Below are positions 25,896-37,630 of a stretch of 64,000 nt of DNA, in pieces (the first letter of the stretch is position 1; every line of letters begins with the position of its first letter). Position numbers and translations under genes: made by a program. The stretch is taken from NCBI GenBank assembly GCA_028534125.1, contig CM052816.1, forward strand, positions 38,938,001-39,002,000. Reading direction: 5' to 3'. Under the pieces are notes generated by a model. It worked only from the letters and a program-made list of their open reading frames with translations, made no database searches and was not told the DNA's origin. The DNA comes from Lama glama. Taxonomy: Eukaryota.

Positions 25896-27529
25896 TGGAC
25901 AAGGAAGAAAACAAATCACTAAAAATTTCATTGCCCCAAGGCAGTTATATTTTGATGCATTTTCTTTCAATAATTTTAATGCAAACATATTTTTATATTT
26001 TTATAATCTGGGTAGATACTATATATACAATTTTAATTATAATCTTCACATCAAACCCCCCAAATTTTCTGAAATTTAAACTAGTCTTAAAAAACTTCAT
26101 TTTTAATGGCTGCATACAATTTCAGCTCATCAGTCTAGCCTAAGGTATTTAAGTACTCACCTATTATTAAATACTTAAGATTTTTCCAGTAGCTTTATTT
26201 TACAAATAATGTTAGAGCAACTATTTTCAAACATTTCATACATGCAAATTTATGGCTACTTACATGAGACATATTCCTAAAATTAGACAAATTCCAGAGT
26301 TAAGATACATAAATTTTAAGACTTGGAAATTCCTGAATACTAAGAATATAAGAGCAATGAATGATACTGTAGCATGTATATACTCCTATGTTGAAACAAA
26401 TTATGCAGATTTAGATTGCAAGACAGGCTAATCAGTTCACTGCAAGCATTATTCAACTTTTAAAACTATACCTTGTGTGTAGGTTACTCTAGGGCAAGAA
26501 TGACAAAACATTTTGCAGGATGGACTTATTTTTCAGTGTTCTGCCCTAGCGTTCTGAAAACAACCCTTTTGATAAAATACTTTCACAGTTTTGGGGTTAT
26601 CTGTCTGCTTTACAAATCTGGTAACACTACTGATAGTTCAGTAGAGTTCCGAATATGTTTTAGGAATAGTTATTTGCCACTTTACAAAACAAACATGATA
26701 TATCTTAAAGATTCTGCTAATTGTATATTTGTAAAAGTTGTTCCAAATATTTCTTTGGATAAGTCAATTGAGGTCCAGTGTCCTGGGATAAGATAAGATC
26801 AATTAAAGCATTAGGATCTAAGGCTTCAGGAAGGTAAAATTATCTTGCATGCTGTATACTCCCTCCTTGCGTTCACCAATTATAGGATTTCCCTCTGGGA
26901 GGTTTCTGCACGAGTCTCAATTAGAAGAGTCTATTAAGAAAAACAAAGCCTTCCAGACAAAGGTTTTTTGCATGAATATTACATTCAAAACAATAGCAGC
27001 AATACTTTCAATAAATACATTTATAATATTTCTGATGCTCGATATAAATGTCAGAATTATCCATTTTTCATTCTGAGAAGAATCAATTCTCAGTCTACTG
27101 TGGAAACACACATCAAGCTAGGAAAAGAAATCTATGCACAGCATGACCTACTTTTGATGTACTGAATTTTTTTCTCAAAAAGAACTAAAAACTGCCATTA
27201 AAAATCCAGACAGAACTGCATTAGTACAACGGATGTAAAAGCATTATTTCAACGTAGGAAGAATGAGTTGTATTTTTCATGAGGTTCTACAACCAATCAT
27301 TTCTAGGTATATTTTGCTGTTATATACACTAATATGAATCCTTTCAGTTCTCAGACTATATTTAAATTCATAGTCATGTCCTCAGTTGCATATTCTGGTA
27401 CATCATTCTTTTGTAAAGGAAAGAGAAGTCTTTATTAAGGTAGGTTAAATTTTGGTAATAGGACTACTCATATTTTTGTCATATATGCTTTTGTTGTTAT
27501 AAAATGCATTAGGTTTTTAAATTTTTTTT

Positions 27530-27700
27530 CTAACATTCACAACTCTATGGCATATGCATATATACCTATTTTACAGATGAGTATATGGAGGCTCATAAAT
27601 AGTAAATAACATGCCTAGAGTTTGGTAACTAGAAAAGGGTAGAGAAAGGATCTGAACCAAGTTCTTTTGGGTTCTACAGCTTGGCTCTTTCTATTAAAAC
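27530..27700 (-). mobile_element. MIR SINE
   Basis: cctattttacagatgagtatatggaggctca...taaataacatgcc...ggatctgaaccaag. Confidence 0.7.
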
Positions 27701-27994
27701 AGGTATCAAATCACATGACTGTGCTACACAGTTGTGAGCATCAGACATGACATAATTTTGGCCTGTTTTTGGCATTCAGTACATGACATCTACTTATTGT
27801 CATCATCATCATTTTTTTAGTGTCATCTAAATACAAGCATGTTTTTACCAGAAAAACATCAAATCAACACGTCTTTCTCAATCAAAGGGTATTTGTTTTC
27901 ATGCCTATGCCTCCTCTCTCTTAACCTACACAATCTACTGCATAAATGAAATGCCATTCCATATTTTTTCCTTCACATACACAAGTTAAGGACA

Positions 27995-28200
27995 GTAGTA
28001 CAGCAGAAAGAACACAGGATTTTGAGTCAGATAGGTTTGCATTTGACACCCAACACCACCACTTAACAGTTAAATAACTCTGGGCAAATTACTTGACTTC
28101 TCTTAGAGGAAGATCTTTTTATTTGTTAAGGGAATAACAATGCCTATCTTATAGGGTTTGTAGATTAGAAACACTGCATGCACATAGTAGGTACTCAGTA
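27995..28200 (+). mobile_element. MIR SINE
   Basis: gaaagaacacaggattttgagtcagataggttt...caccacttaacag...ctctgggcaaattacttgacttctct...cacatagtaggtactcagta. Confidence 0.75.
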
Positions 28201-28984
28201 GGTAATTTCTCTCAAAAACCCATGCTTCAGTTCAATCAGACCACATACCTTCACTTTCTTGCCATACTCTGTGCTTTGCCATACCATCAGTCTGTAATCC
28301 TCTCCCCATTCCATTACCATCCGATTCATTTTCAATCTTAGTTCAAAGGTCACTCCCATTAAGATTTCCCAAGTCCAACTAACCACAAGATAGCTCTCCT
28401 TTATCTGAATTGCTGTAGCACTTAGAACTTGTTACTAGACTCATTGTATCTTGCGTCATAATATTTATTTTTGTCTTACTACATCATTAAACTGTAAGAA
28501 GCTTGATTACATGGATAATTTAATCTTCTACGTTTTCTCCAAAACACCTAGCTAGTACCTGGCACTCAATAAATGGATGAATAAATCAAATATATAAAGT
28601 TCTTATGAAATCTGTATTCTCTTTTTTAATAGTTTCAAAATCATTTAATTTAAAATGTGCAGGAACTCTTGAGTTAACAGCTTGAGAGGTATGACCCATT
28701 CCTAAAGGACTAAATCAAAAATTTAATCCTTGACCCTTCTTTAGAGAACATTCTTACAAGAATGGACATGAATAACCTAAAATTTCCAGAGGAGCCTTAG
28801 GAGCACTGAGGAACACTGTAGAAATGGAGCCTGAAACAAAAGGAACGGGAAGGTTGCAATGCTGAGGTATGTGGAAAATCAGATGGTAAAAGAATGTGAT
28901 TATAATAAGAATGTATATCTTTTGGTCAAGAAAGCTTAATATATTTCTGAAAAAATCAAACAATTTTATTTCACTACTGACTCC

Positions 28985-29487
28985 TGTATTAGTCAGGGTT
29001 CCCCAGAGAAATAAAACCAATAGGAATTTATGTTTGTTTGTTTGTTTGTTTATTGTAAGGAATTGACTGGTGTGATTATGGAGACTGAGAAGTCCCATGA
29101 TCTGCCATCTATAAGCTGGGGTCACAGGAGAGCCTGTGTGTGGCTCCAGTCTAAGTCTGAAGGCCTGAGAACTAGGAGCACCAATGGTGTGAGTCCCAAT
29201 CCAAGAGCAGAAGGTCAATGTCTCAGCCCAAGTAGTTAGGGAGAGAGGAGGGAAGGGGAAGAGAGGGAGAAAAATTTCCCTTGTCTGTCTTTTTGTTCTA
29301 ATCATGTCCTCGAGGGTTTAGATGATGCCCACCTACAATGGAGAGGACAGTCTGCTTTACTCAATCTGATGATTCAAATACTAATCTTACCTAGAAACAC
29401 AATCTAAACACACCTAAAAATAATATTTAGCTAAATATTAGGCACCTCATTATTCAGTCAGGTTGACACGTAAAATTAACCATCACA
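28985..29487 (-). mobile_element. ERVL solo LTR (MLT2-like)
   Basis: tgtattagtcagggttccccagagaaataaaaccaatagga...gagactgagaagtcccatgatctgccatct...gttgacacgtaaaattaaccatcaca; TG...CA ends. Confidence 0.9.
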
Positions 29488-30379
29488 ATCCTCAAGTTTA
29501 AAAGGCTGTGATTGTGGCAAAGAAGAGACCCTTCTAGCACTCTGATAAAAGGCTGCCTCTTCTTTTCCTTGGCAGGTATGCATCCCTTTAAGCTACCTGC
29601 TTGTGAATTGGGACTTTAAATGCTAAAAGGTTCAAAAACATTCAGTGTGGCGAGCCCTCACCTGGGCTTTCACTACATATAAATTATTTCAGGGCAAAAA
29701 AAACACACCTTAAAGTGTTAAACACAGATAGCTCTTTGATGAATCTTTGAAAATAGACATGCTTTCAAGCTATTGTTTTACTTAAGAATAAAAGAGTGTT
29801 AAGTGGGAATCAACAATTTATACATAAGACATCAGATAAAGACTTCTCACATGTGCTCCTGAGAAGGAAACTTTCCCCCTACTCCTCCCACTTCTAAAGA
29901 GGTGCTCTCTCAAGCTTGTTTCCTTAAAAGCTTTAGAAAGTAGGGGGAGATGACAATGTCATTTCACGTGGTGATCACAGCATGCAATGAAAACTCTGCC
30001 ATGCACCTAAGAGTGTTACATTCTGCTGAGATAAATTCTGATTCTGTGAAACCTGACCTCAAACTACTAATAAAATCATCATAATTATGAACTTGCATCC
30101 TGGCTTACTTACAGCCTCCCTCCCACACAAGCCACTACAAGCAGCAGCGTCAGGAAGCCTGAGGGTAGAATCACTGTGGGTGGGACAGTGGGAAGACAGA
30201 GGTCAAGAGCACTGAATGTGGGGTCTGTGCCCTGGGGCTTCACAGCACCTCAGGGAGGTGATGAGAGGAGCCTTCCCTCTCTCAAAAGCTGGAACAATTA
30301 CACAGGTGGGAACAATGGACCAAAATAGGCCAGGAGAGGCACTATGCAGTTCCCTCGGCCTGCAGTGCCCTGCTTTTCA

Positions 30380-30685
30380 CCCCACCCCGACGGGAATTCT
30401 ACCCACTTTTCAAAGCCAGATAAATAACTGCTCCTCTATGAAGCCTTTCCTAATCTTCCTCCTCTCTCTTGTTCCCTCCTTTTCCCAATCCAACTTGACT
30501 TCCTCAATTATATCAACCTTTATTGCTCTTACTCCTCTTGAGTAGTACTTGTGTCCTGTTCGTTGCAGTTAGATCTTTCTGTTTATCTCCCACATAAACC
30601 ATAGGTGACTTGAGGGTGGAGACCAAACCCAGTTCATTCTTACACACGCCCAGTACAAGGCACAGTGCCTGTGCCTAGTGTAGGT
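30380..30685 (+). mobile_element. L2 3' fragment
   Basis: cctctatgaagcctttcctaatc...ttgagggtggagacc...cacagtgcctgtgcctagtgtaggt. Confidence 0.55.
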
Positions 30686-31349
30686 AGGGCCCTCCCGTAG
30701 ACTGCCCCACCTGCCCAGCAAACACTTCCCTATCCTTGACCCACCCACAAACCACCCCTTAATCCGGTTTACTACTGTTTGTTAAGAGGGGACCGTTTAT
30801 CACCCCACTCCTCATGCATCCATTTGTGATGAAGTCCCATAGTGACATTTATGGCCTTTGGTCCCACTCTGACTCATTCCTCCACTCTAGGACAAGGAGT
30901 GCCTTTTGTTTGGAGCAATTATGAGAAGGAAATGAGTATACCCAGTCCAGCCCTTGTCTTACTCCCTATTCCAGCTTTCCTTGAGGTTGTATTCTGGTCT
31001 GCAATCTTGCTTGCAGTCTTTGAGCATAAGTTCAATTCAGAGGAATATTAGCAGGCTTACTTTACATACGGAAGCCACATACTAAATTGTATCAGTACTA
31101 GGTTGACATTTTGATTTCCATCTGTCTGACTCCTTTGTCTTTCTCTCAATTGTTTCCAAACTCAAGCAGGAGTTACATACTATCCTTCTAATATCTCAAT
31201 ACTAACTAATCATACTTCAGGTTATAACAAACATACCACTTTCTTGGAAACTCCTCCCTGAAACTTGGTTGGGTTCTCCTGTATTATATATACAATTTTT
31301 TTTCTTCATGGAACTTATCCAATAGCTTATCTATCTGTAGGACTGCTTT

Positions 31350-31560
31350 GTAAAATTTTTTATTACAGAACATTTTAAATGTATACAGAAGAAGATAGAA
31401 TAATATAATGGGTCCCCACACACCTATCAACCAGCTTCATCAATTATCTACACAATTTAATGCCATCTATATTCATACCCTCCCCCATCTTTAAAAAAAA
31501 TCCCAGACATTACATCAGTTTATCTGTAAATATTCCAGCATATATTCCTAATAGATAAGC
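31350..31560 (-). mobile_element. L1ME-like 3' end fragment
   Basis: tttttattacagaacattttaaatgtatacagaagaagatagaataatataatg...cccagacattacatcagtttatctgtaaatattccagcat. Confidence 0.6.
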
Positions 31561-31764
31561 ACTAACCTCTGTTAGTTCTTCTACTTAACCTATTTGTGGG
31601 ATCATTTATTTTAATGATTTTTTTCTACACACACCTACTCTTTCTCTAGGATTACAAACTCCATATGTCAGAGACATTGTCTGTTTTATCCTGACTGTAT
31701 ACCTGGTATATGGTAGGTGCTCGATAAATTAATTGTAAAGGAAGAAATTTTAAAAGGGAATACA

Positions 31765-32299
31765 AAGTTGTGGTATATTCATACAATGGAATACTACTTA
31801 GCCATTAAAAATAATAAAATAATGCCATTTGCAGCAACATGGATTGACCTGCAGATTGTCATTCAACATGGATTGACCTGCAGATTGTCATTCTAAGTGA
31901 AGTAAGCCAGAAAGAGAAAGAAAAATATCATGTATCACTTATATGTGGAATCCAAAAAAAAAAAAGAAAAGACAAATGAACTTATTTACAAAACAAACAG
32001 ACTCACAGACATAGAAAGCAAACTTATGGTTACAGGATGGGAAGTGGGTGAGAAGGAATAAACTGGGAGTTCTAGATCTGCAGATATTGACTAATGTGTA
32101 TAAAGTAGATAAGCAACAGGTTCATACTGTATAGCACAAGGAAATACATTCAATATTTTGTGGTAACTTACGGTGGAAAAGAATATATATATGTTCATGT
32201 ATGACTGAAGCATTATGTTGTACACCAGAAACTGACACATTGTAAACTGACTATACTTCAACAACAAAATTATATATAATATATATTTATATATTTAAA

Positions 32300-32359
<60 letters not shown>

Positions 32360-32365
32360 TTTTTT
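31765..32365 (+). mobile_element. Camelid L1 5'-truncated 3' end with (TA)/(CA)17 tail
   Basis: tgtggtatattcatacaatggaatactac...aaaataatgccatttgcagcaacatgga...; 11-bp TSD AAGGGAATACA at 31754-31764 and 32366-32376; (CA)17 at 32311-32344. Confidence 0.92.
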
Positions 32366-32384
32366 AAGGGAATACAGAAAACCA

Positions 32385-32900
32385 TTTGCAACTTGGCAGC
32401 CAGGCAGCATCTGTTCCACTTCTTTTGGTAACAGTATCCAGAATTTCCCTCAACTCTCAATCCCTATGATGCAATAAGCTACCACCCCCATCTCCAGGGG
32501 CACAGCATGGGGCTCAGATCCGACAAAGCAGAACAAGGTGACCTCCTGGCCAATAAAATTCGTTTAATGATGAGCACAGGACCCAATCAAAAACAATGTG
32601 ATGCTGGGAACCTGCTTAGAAGCCTGGAGAGAGGCAGGCACTTTCTCCTACTGGACATGAACCTGGAGAATGAATGAGAGGCCAATGTGACTGCAAGGAC
32701 AGAGTGTATCTGAAAATGGGTTTGACATAGAGGAAACAGGACAAGAGAGGGAGAGAAAACTCTGGTCCTAGAGAAATCACTTGAGTACCTGAGTCAAACC
32801 TCATGGGAGTCAAACCTACCCGTGGATTTTTAAAGTTTCATTACTCAATACCTTGTTGGCTTAAACAAGCTTCAGTTACATTTTCCTGTCTGATTACAAG
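32385..32900 (+). mobile_element. Old MaLR LTR (MLT1J/K-like)
   Basis: ccacttcttttggtaacagtatccagaattt...gatgagcacaggacccaatca...ggcttaaacaagcttcagttacattttc. Confidence 0.6.
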
Positions 32901-34012
32901 GGAAGAGGGAAAAGATAAAGAGTAAAGAGAAACCCCAAAGCTGCTTGAGTGATAAAGTATATTCTTTTTCAGCCTAGTATTCAGTCTAGTACCCACACAT
33001 CCTGAGTTCTCATGGCAGATCAGGCCTCTAGTCTTCAGATCCCTCGTTTATAAAATAAGGGGAACTAAGTGGTCTCTAAATCTCATTTGAGAAATTCTGT
33101 GAGTGTAATGGGGGAAAGCACATGAGGGATCTGGACTTCCTTGATGGAAATAGCTTACTGCTTACTGGCATATCTACTTTTTTAGTTTAATTAATTTTTA
33201 AAGCATTTTATATCTTCCAGGGGAAAAAAAATTCCAAAATGAGAAAGAGCCCTATTCAGCATTTCTCTGTTAGGCAGTAGAAACTCCGTAGGAAAAATAA
33301 ATCTTTTTTCACTTGCGGTGGCCCTAGATTATAATGTCAGCATCATGAAAACACATGCAGATATTAGGTATGATCAACAGGGAGCCAAAGATATGCATTA
33401 TAAAATTTTCCCCAGCCTTCTGCAAAGAATGAGCTCACCTTAGCTGCCATGGAAATCACTTGTTTCCTCTTAAACATATGTGTCTTTATTTCAAGCTCCT
33501 CTTTTTGGAGCAGTATGAAAATGTTCACCTGGTTGAGAGACACGTCTCAGAATAATACTTAAAGGAAACAAAAAAATTCAGCTATATTTAGGAATCTCTT
33601 GGCTTTAAAGGCTGACATGGTTCTTAAATTCTGTTATGTGAAAATATATTTACAGAATTGCAACTAGGAATTTTCTTTTATTTAAAGGGGTCAGAATAAA
33701 CTGTGCTGGGAAAAAATGACCTCAAGAAGAATAGAGATAGGTCCCTGGCTATCGACCTCCCATTTGCTGTCTACTCTCCCACTGTCAGAAGGAAAGATAT
33801 CTAGACAATTAAGTAACCCATTTCCCCTTTATATTCTCCTCCACAAGAAGATGCATGGGCTAGAAAGATGGGTCATTTGGAAGACACTTCCCTTGATCTC
33901 ACTGTGTCTGTATTTATCCAAATTTCTGGCTGTAGAGATTCATACATCTTTCTAGAAGGCAATTTGGTAATATAGATATCAAAATCTTAAAAGTAGGCAT
34001 ACCCCTTCTGAC

Positions 34013-35005
34013 ATCCAAAATGGTTCCAAATAGTCCTTGCTGCCTGTATTCACTCATTTGTGTAGTTCCCTCCCACCATGAATTGTAGCTATGAGGCTGC
34101 ATTAGCATCCTATGGCTGTGGTAATAAATAACTACAAATTGAGAGGCTTAAAACAACACAATTATTATCCTAGAGTTCTGAAGGTCGGAAGTTCAAAATG
34201 AGTCACAATGGGCTAATATCAAGGTGTTGACAGGAGTGCATTTCTCTGACTATTCCACTCCTAAAAATGGAGTCAGTTGTCTGAGGAAAGAATTCTGAGG
34301 AATGAATCAGTTATACTGCACAAAGAAGTTATAAGTACAAACAATTCTGAATAGAGAAGCTCCTCTGAGTTGTTTATTAGTGAAACATTAAAAACAGCCT
34401 AAATATTCAGCTATGGGAGATTGGTTAAACAAAGTAAAACATACCTATAAAACAGATGAACACGTGCCATGTTGCAGAACATAAAAATCATGCTGTAGAA
34501 CAGTGGTTTTCAATTCTTTCCTAGGCAGAACCTCCTGTTTAAGTAAAAATTTTAAGAGAGGCTTATACAATAAAAGCTGAATCTTTCAGGTTGAGGCTCA
34601 GGTTGAGGTAGGTCAGCTCCCAGAGCCAGATCCTGGCTCATGATGTGATTAAGTGTCCCTAAAGAAGAGACCAGAGCTCTTTCTTTCTCTTATGGCCATG
34701 TGAGGACAGTGAGAAAGCTCTAGGAAGAAAGCTGTCACCAGAAACCAAATCTACTAGCCTTTGATTCTAAGCTTCCCAGACCCCACAATTGTGAGAAATA
34801 AATGTCTAATGTTTAAGCCAGCCAGTCTGTGGTATTCTGTTATAGGAGCCTGAGCTGACTAAAACAAGGGACCCCTCTAATGATTTCATTTAACCTTAAT
34901 TATTTCTTTAAAGGTCCTATCTCCAAATACAGTCACATTCTGAGGTACTGGGGGTCAAGACTGCAACACATGAACTTGGAGAGGGGAACACAATTCAGCA
35001 CATAG
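34013..35005. mobile_element. Cluster of MLT1 LTR fragments in both orientations interleaved with L1ME
   Basis: MLT1E-like start at 34013-34095 (+); MLT1C/D-like 3' part at 34098-34250 (-); MLT1A-like 3' half at ~34635-34866 (+); MLT1 5' part at ~34870-35005 (-). Confidence 0.65.
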
Positions 35006-35174
35006 TATCATTAAATATCAACTCTAAAAAAAAGAGTTAAAAATAATAAAATGATGCCATAATTGCAATGGTCCATGACATTCAGGAACATCATTGTATG
35101 CTATTACACATATATAGCGGTGAAAACAAACTTTTTGACATAAGTGAAAGTATAGCTCTCTTAAGAATGCCTAT

Positions 35175-37630
35175 CAGTTCTTTACAAAAATTAACTCAAA
35201 ATTAATCACAGGCATTTTGTAAAACACAAAACTATAAAATTCCTAGAAAATAACATAGGAGAAAATGTAAATGACCTTGGGTACAGCAATAACTTTTTAG
35301 ATACAATGCCAAAAGAAAATTCATGAAAGAAATAACTGATAAGCTAAATTTTATTAAAAGTAAAAACTTCTGCTTTGCAAAAGACAATGTCAAGAGAATA
35401 AGAAGATAAGTCACAGACTGGGAGGAAATATTTGCAAAACACATGTCTGATAGAGGACTGTTATCCAAAATATACAAAGAACTCCCAAAACTCAATAATA
35501 AGAAAACAAACAACAAATGGGTGAAAGACCTGGACAAATATCTCACCAAAAATGTACAGACTGTAAAAAGCATATGAAAAGATGCACCACACTAAATGTC
35601 ATCAAGGAAAGCAAATTAAAGCAACAAGATCCCACTACACACCTATTAGAATGGCCCAAATCCAGAACACTGACAACGCCAAATGCTGGTGAAGACATGG
35701 AGCAACAGGAACTCTCATTCATTGCTGATGGGAATGCAAAATGGTGCAGCCACTATGAAAGGTAGTTTGGCAATTTCTTACAAAACTAAACATACTCTTA
35801 CCATATAATCCAGCAATCATGGTATTTAACCCAAAAAAGGTGAAAACTTACTCCACAAAAAAATGTGCACACAGATGTTTACAGCAGTTTTATTCATGAC
35901 TGCCAAAACTTGGAAGCAATATTCATCAGTAGGTGAATGTATAAATAAACTGGTATATCCATGTAATGGAATATTATTCAACACTAAAAAGAAATGAGCC
36001 ACCAAGCCATGAAAATATATGGAAAAACTTTAAGTGCGTATTACCAAGAGAAAGAAGTCAATCTGAAAAGACTATAAACTGTATGATTCCAACTATTTGA
36101 CATTCTGGAAAAGCCAAAACTATGACGACAGTAAAAAGATCAGTGATTACCAAGGGCTAATGGGGGAGGAATGAATAGGTACAATACAGAGGATTTTTTA
36201 GGACAGTGAAATATTCTGCATGAATACATTATGACAGACACACGTCACTATACAATGGTTCAAACCCATAGAAAGTACAACACCAAGAGTGAACCCTAAT
36301 GTAAACTATGGACTTTGGGTGATCATGATTGTCAATTTAAGTTTATATTCATAACAAATGTACCACTCAGATGGGGAAATGTTAGTAATGAAGGGAGCTA
36401 TGCATGTGTTGGGGCAGGGACTGTACGAGAAATTTCCCTTCCCTTCATTTTTACTGTGAACCTAAAACTGCTCTAAAAAAGTCGTCTTGATAAAAAAATT
36501 TAAAAGTGCGTATCAGCTGAACCTAAAGTAGAGCACTTTGTAGTCCCAGAAAATAAGAAAGTGCTAAAAAACAAACAGCAAACAAAGCACATACTTAACA
36601 ACAAAAGCATAGGGTCATATCAAAGACACAGACATAGAGAACAAACTTGCGGCTACCAGTGGGGGAGGGGCCTGGGAGGGGATAAATTGGGAGCTAGAGA
36701 TTTGAAAATACTAACTGATATATATATAGATAGATAGATATAGAATAGTTAAACAATTCATGCTGTATAGCACAGGGAGCTATATTCGATATCTTGTAGT
36801 AACTTATGGTGAAAAAGAACATGAAAACAAATATATGTATGTTCATGTATGACTGAGGCAGTGTGCTGTACATCAGAAACTGACACAACATTGTAAACTG
36901 AATGTATCTCAAAAAAAAAAAAAGAAAGAAAGACACAGAAACCCACCTGAAAAAGTTCCCAAATGCCAAAGGTGGAACATTTTGAGCAATAAAATAAAGC
37001 AGTATTGGATTATAACCCATAGTATAAAATAAATATGCATGAATTCATACTGGTATGAATAAATTTTTGAATCAATAAATAAATATGGTAGAACAGACAA
37101 ATCTTTCTTTCATAACTCCAAGTAGTATATGCAGACACACACCCTGCTTCAAGAAGTGAAATTTAATTCCCACCTTGCCACTCCCTGGAGTATTGGATGG
37201 ACTTCAAGTCTTCTTTCCGAAGAACAGACAAGGGAAAGGAAAAACAGTACTTTTACTGTGGATGAGCCTGGCAGACACCGCCTTGACCAAGTGATGAAGG
37301 TCAACATCACAGCAATGGCATGTGAGCATCATGTTCCCTTAATGTGATATGATGAGAAGGGCACTCTGCCTCTAAGACATTCTTTCCCGAAACCCATAAT
37401 CCTAGTATAACCATGGAATAAAACCAGATAAATTCAGATCTGAGATATTTTATAAGATATATGTCCAGTATTCCTCAAGACTGTCAAGGTCTTGTGGGGA
37501 AAAAAAGGAAAGACTGAGAAACAGTGCAAGACCAGGAGAGACTTGGGAGAGAGAATGACAACATGCAGTGTGGTTCCCTGTATTGGATCCTGAAACAGAA
37601 AGAGGACATTAATGGAAAAACCAATAAAAT
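35175..37630 (+). mobile_element. L1MC/L1MD-like ORF2 3' end and long 3' UTR
   Basis: aaaacttctgctttgcaaaagacaatgtcaagaga...aagaaatgagccaccaagccatgaaaa...gtgaaccctaatgtaaactatggactttggg; later ctggcagacaccgccttgaccaagtgatgaaggtcaacatcac...ggatcctgaaacagaaagaggacatt. Confidence 0.85.
36633..36928 (+). mobile_element. Camelid L1 3' UTR fragment nested in old L1M
   Basis: catagagaacaaacttgcggctacc...ctgtatagcacagggagctatattcgatatcttgtagtaacttatggtg...; 11-bp TSD AAAGACACAGA at 36622-36632 and 36929-36939. Confidence 0.92.

Noticed and set aside
28754..29305. Longest non-MACIR ORF (183 aa, minus strand)
   Set aside because: Runs through an MLT2 LTR and a (AAAC)n tract into flanking DNA; a chance open frame
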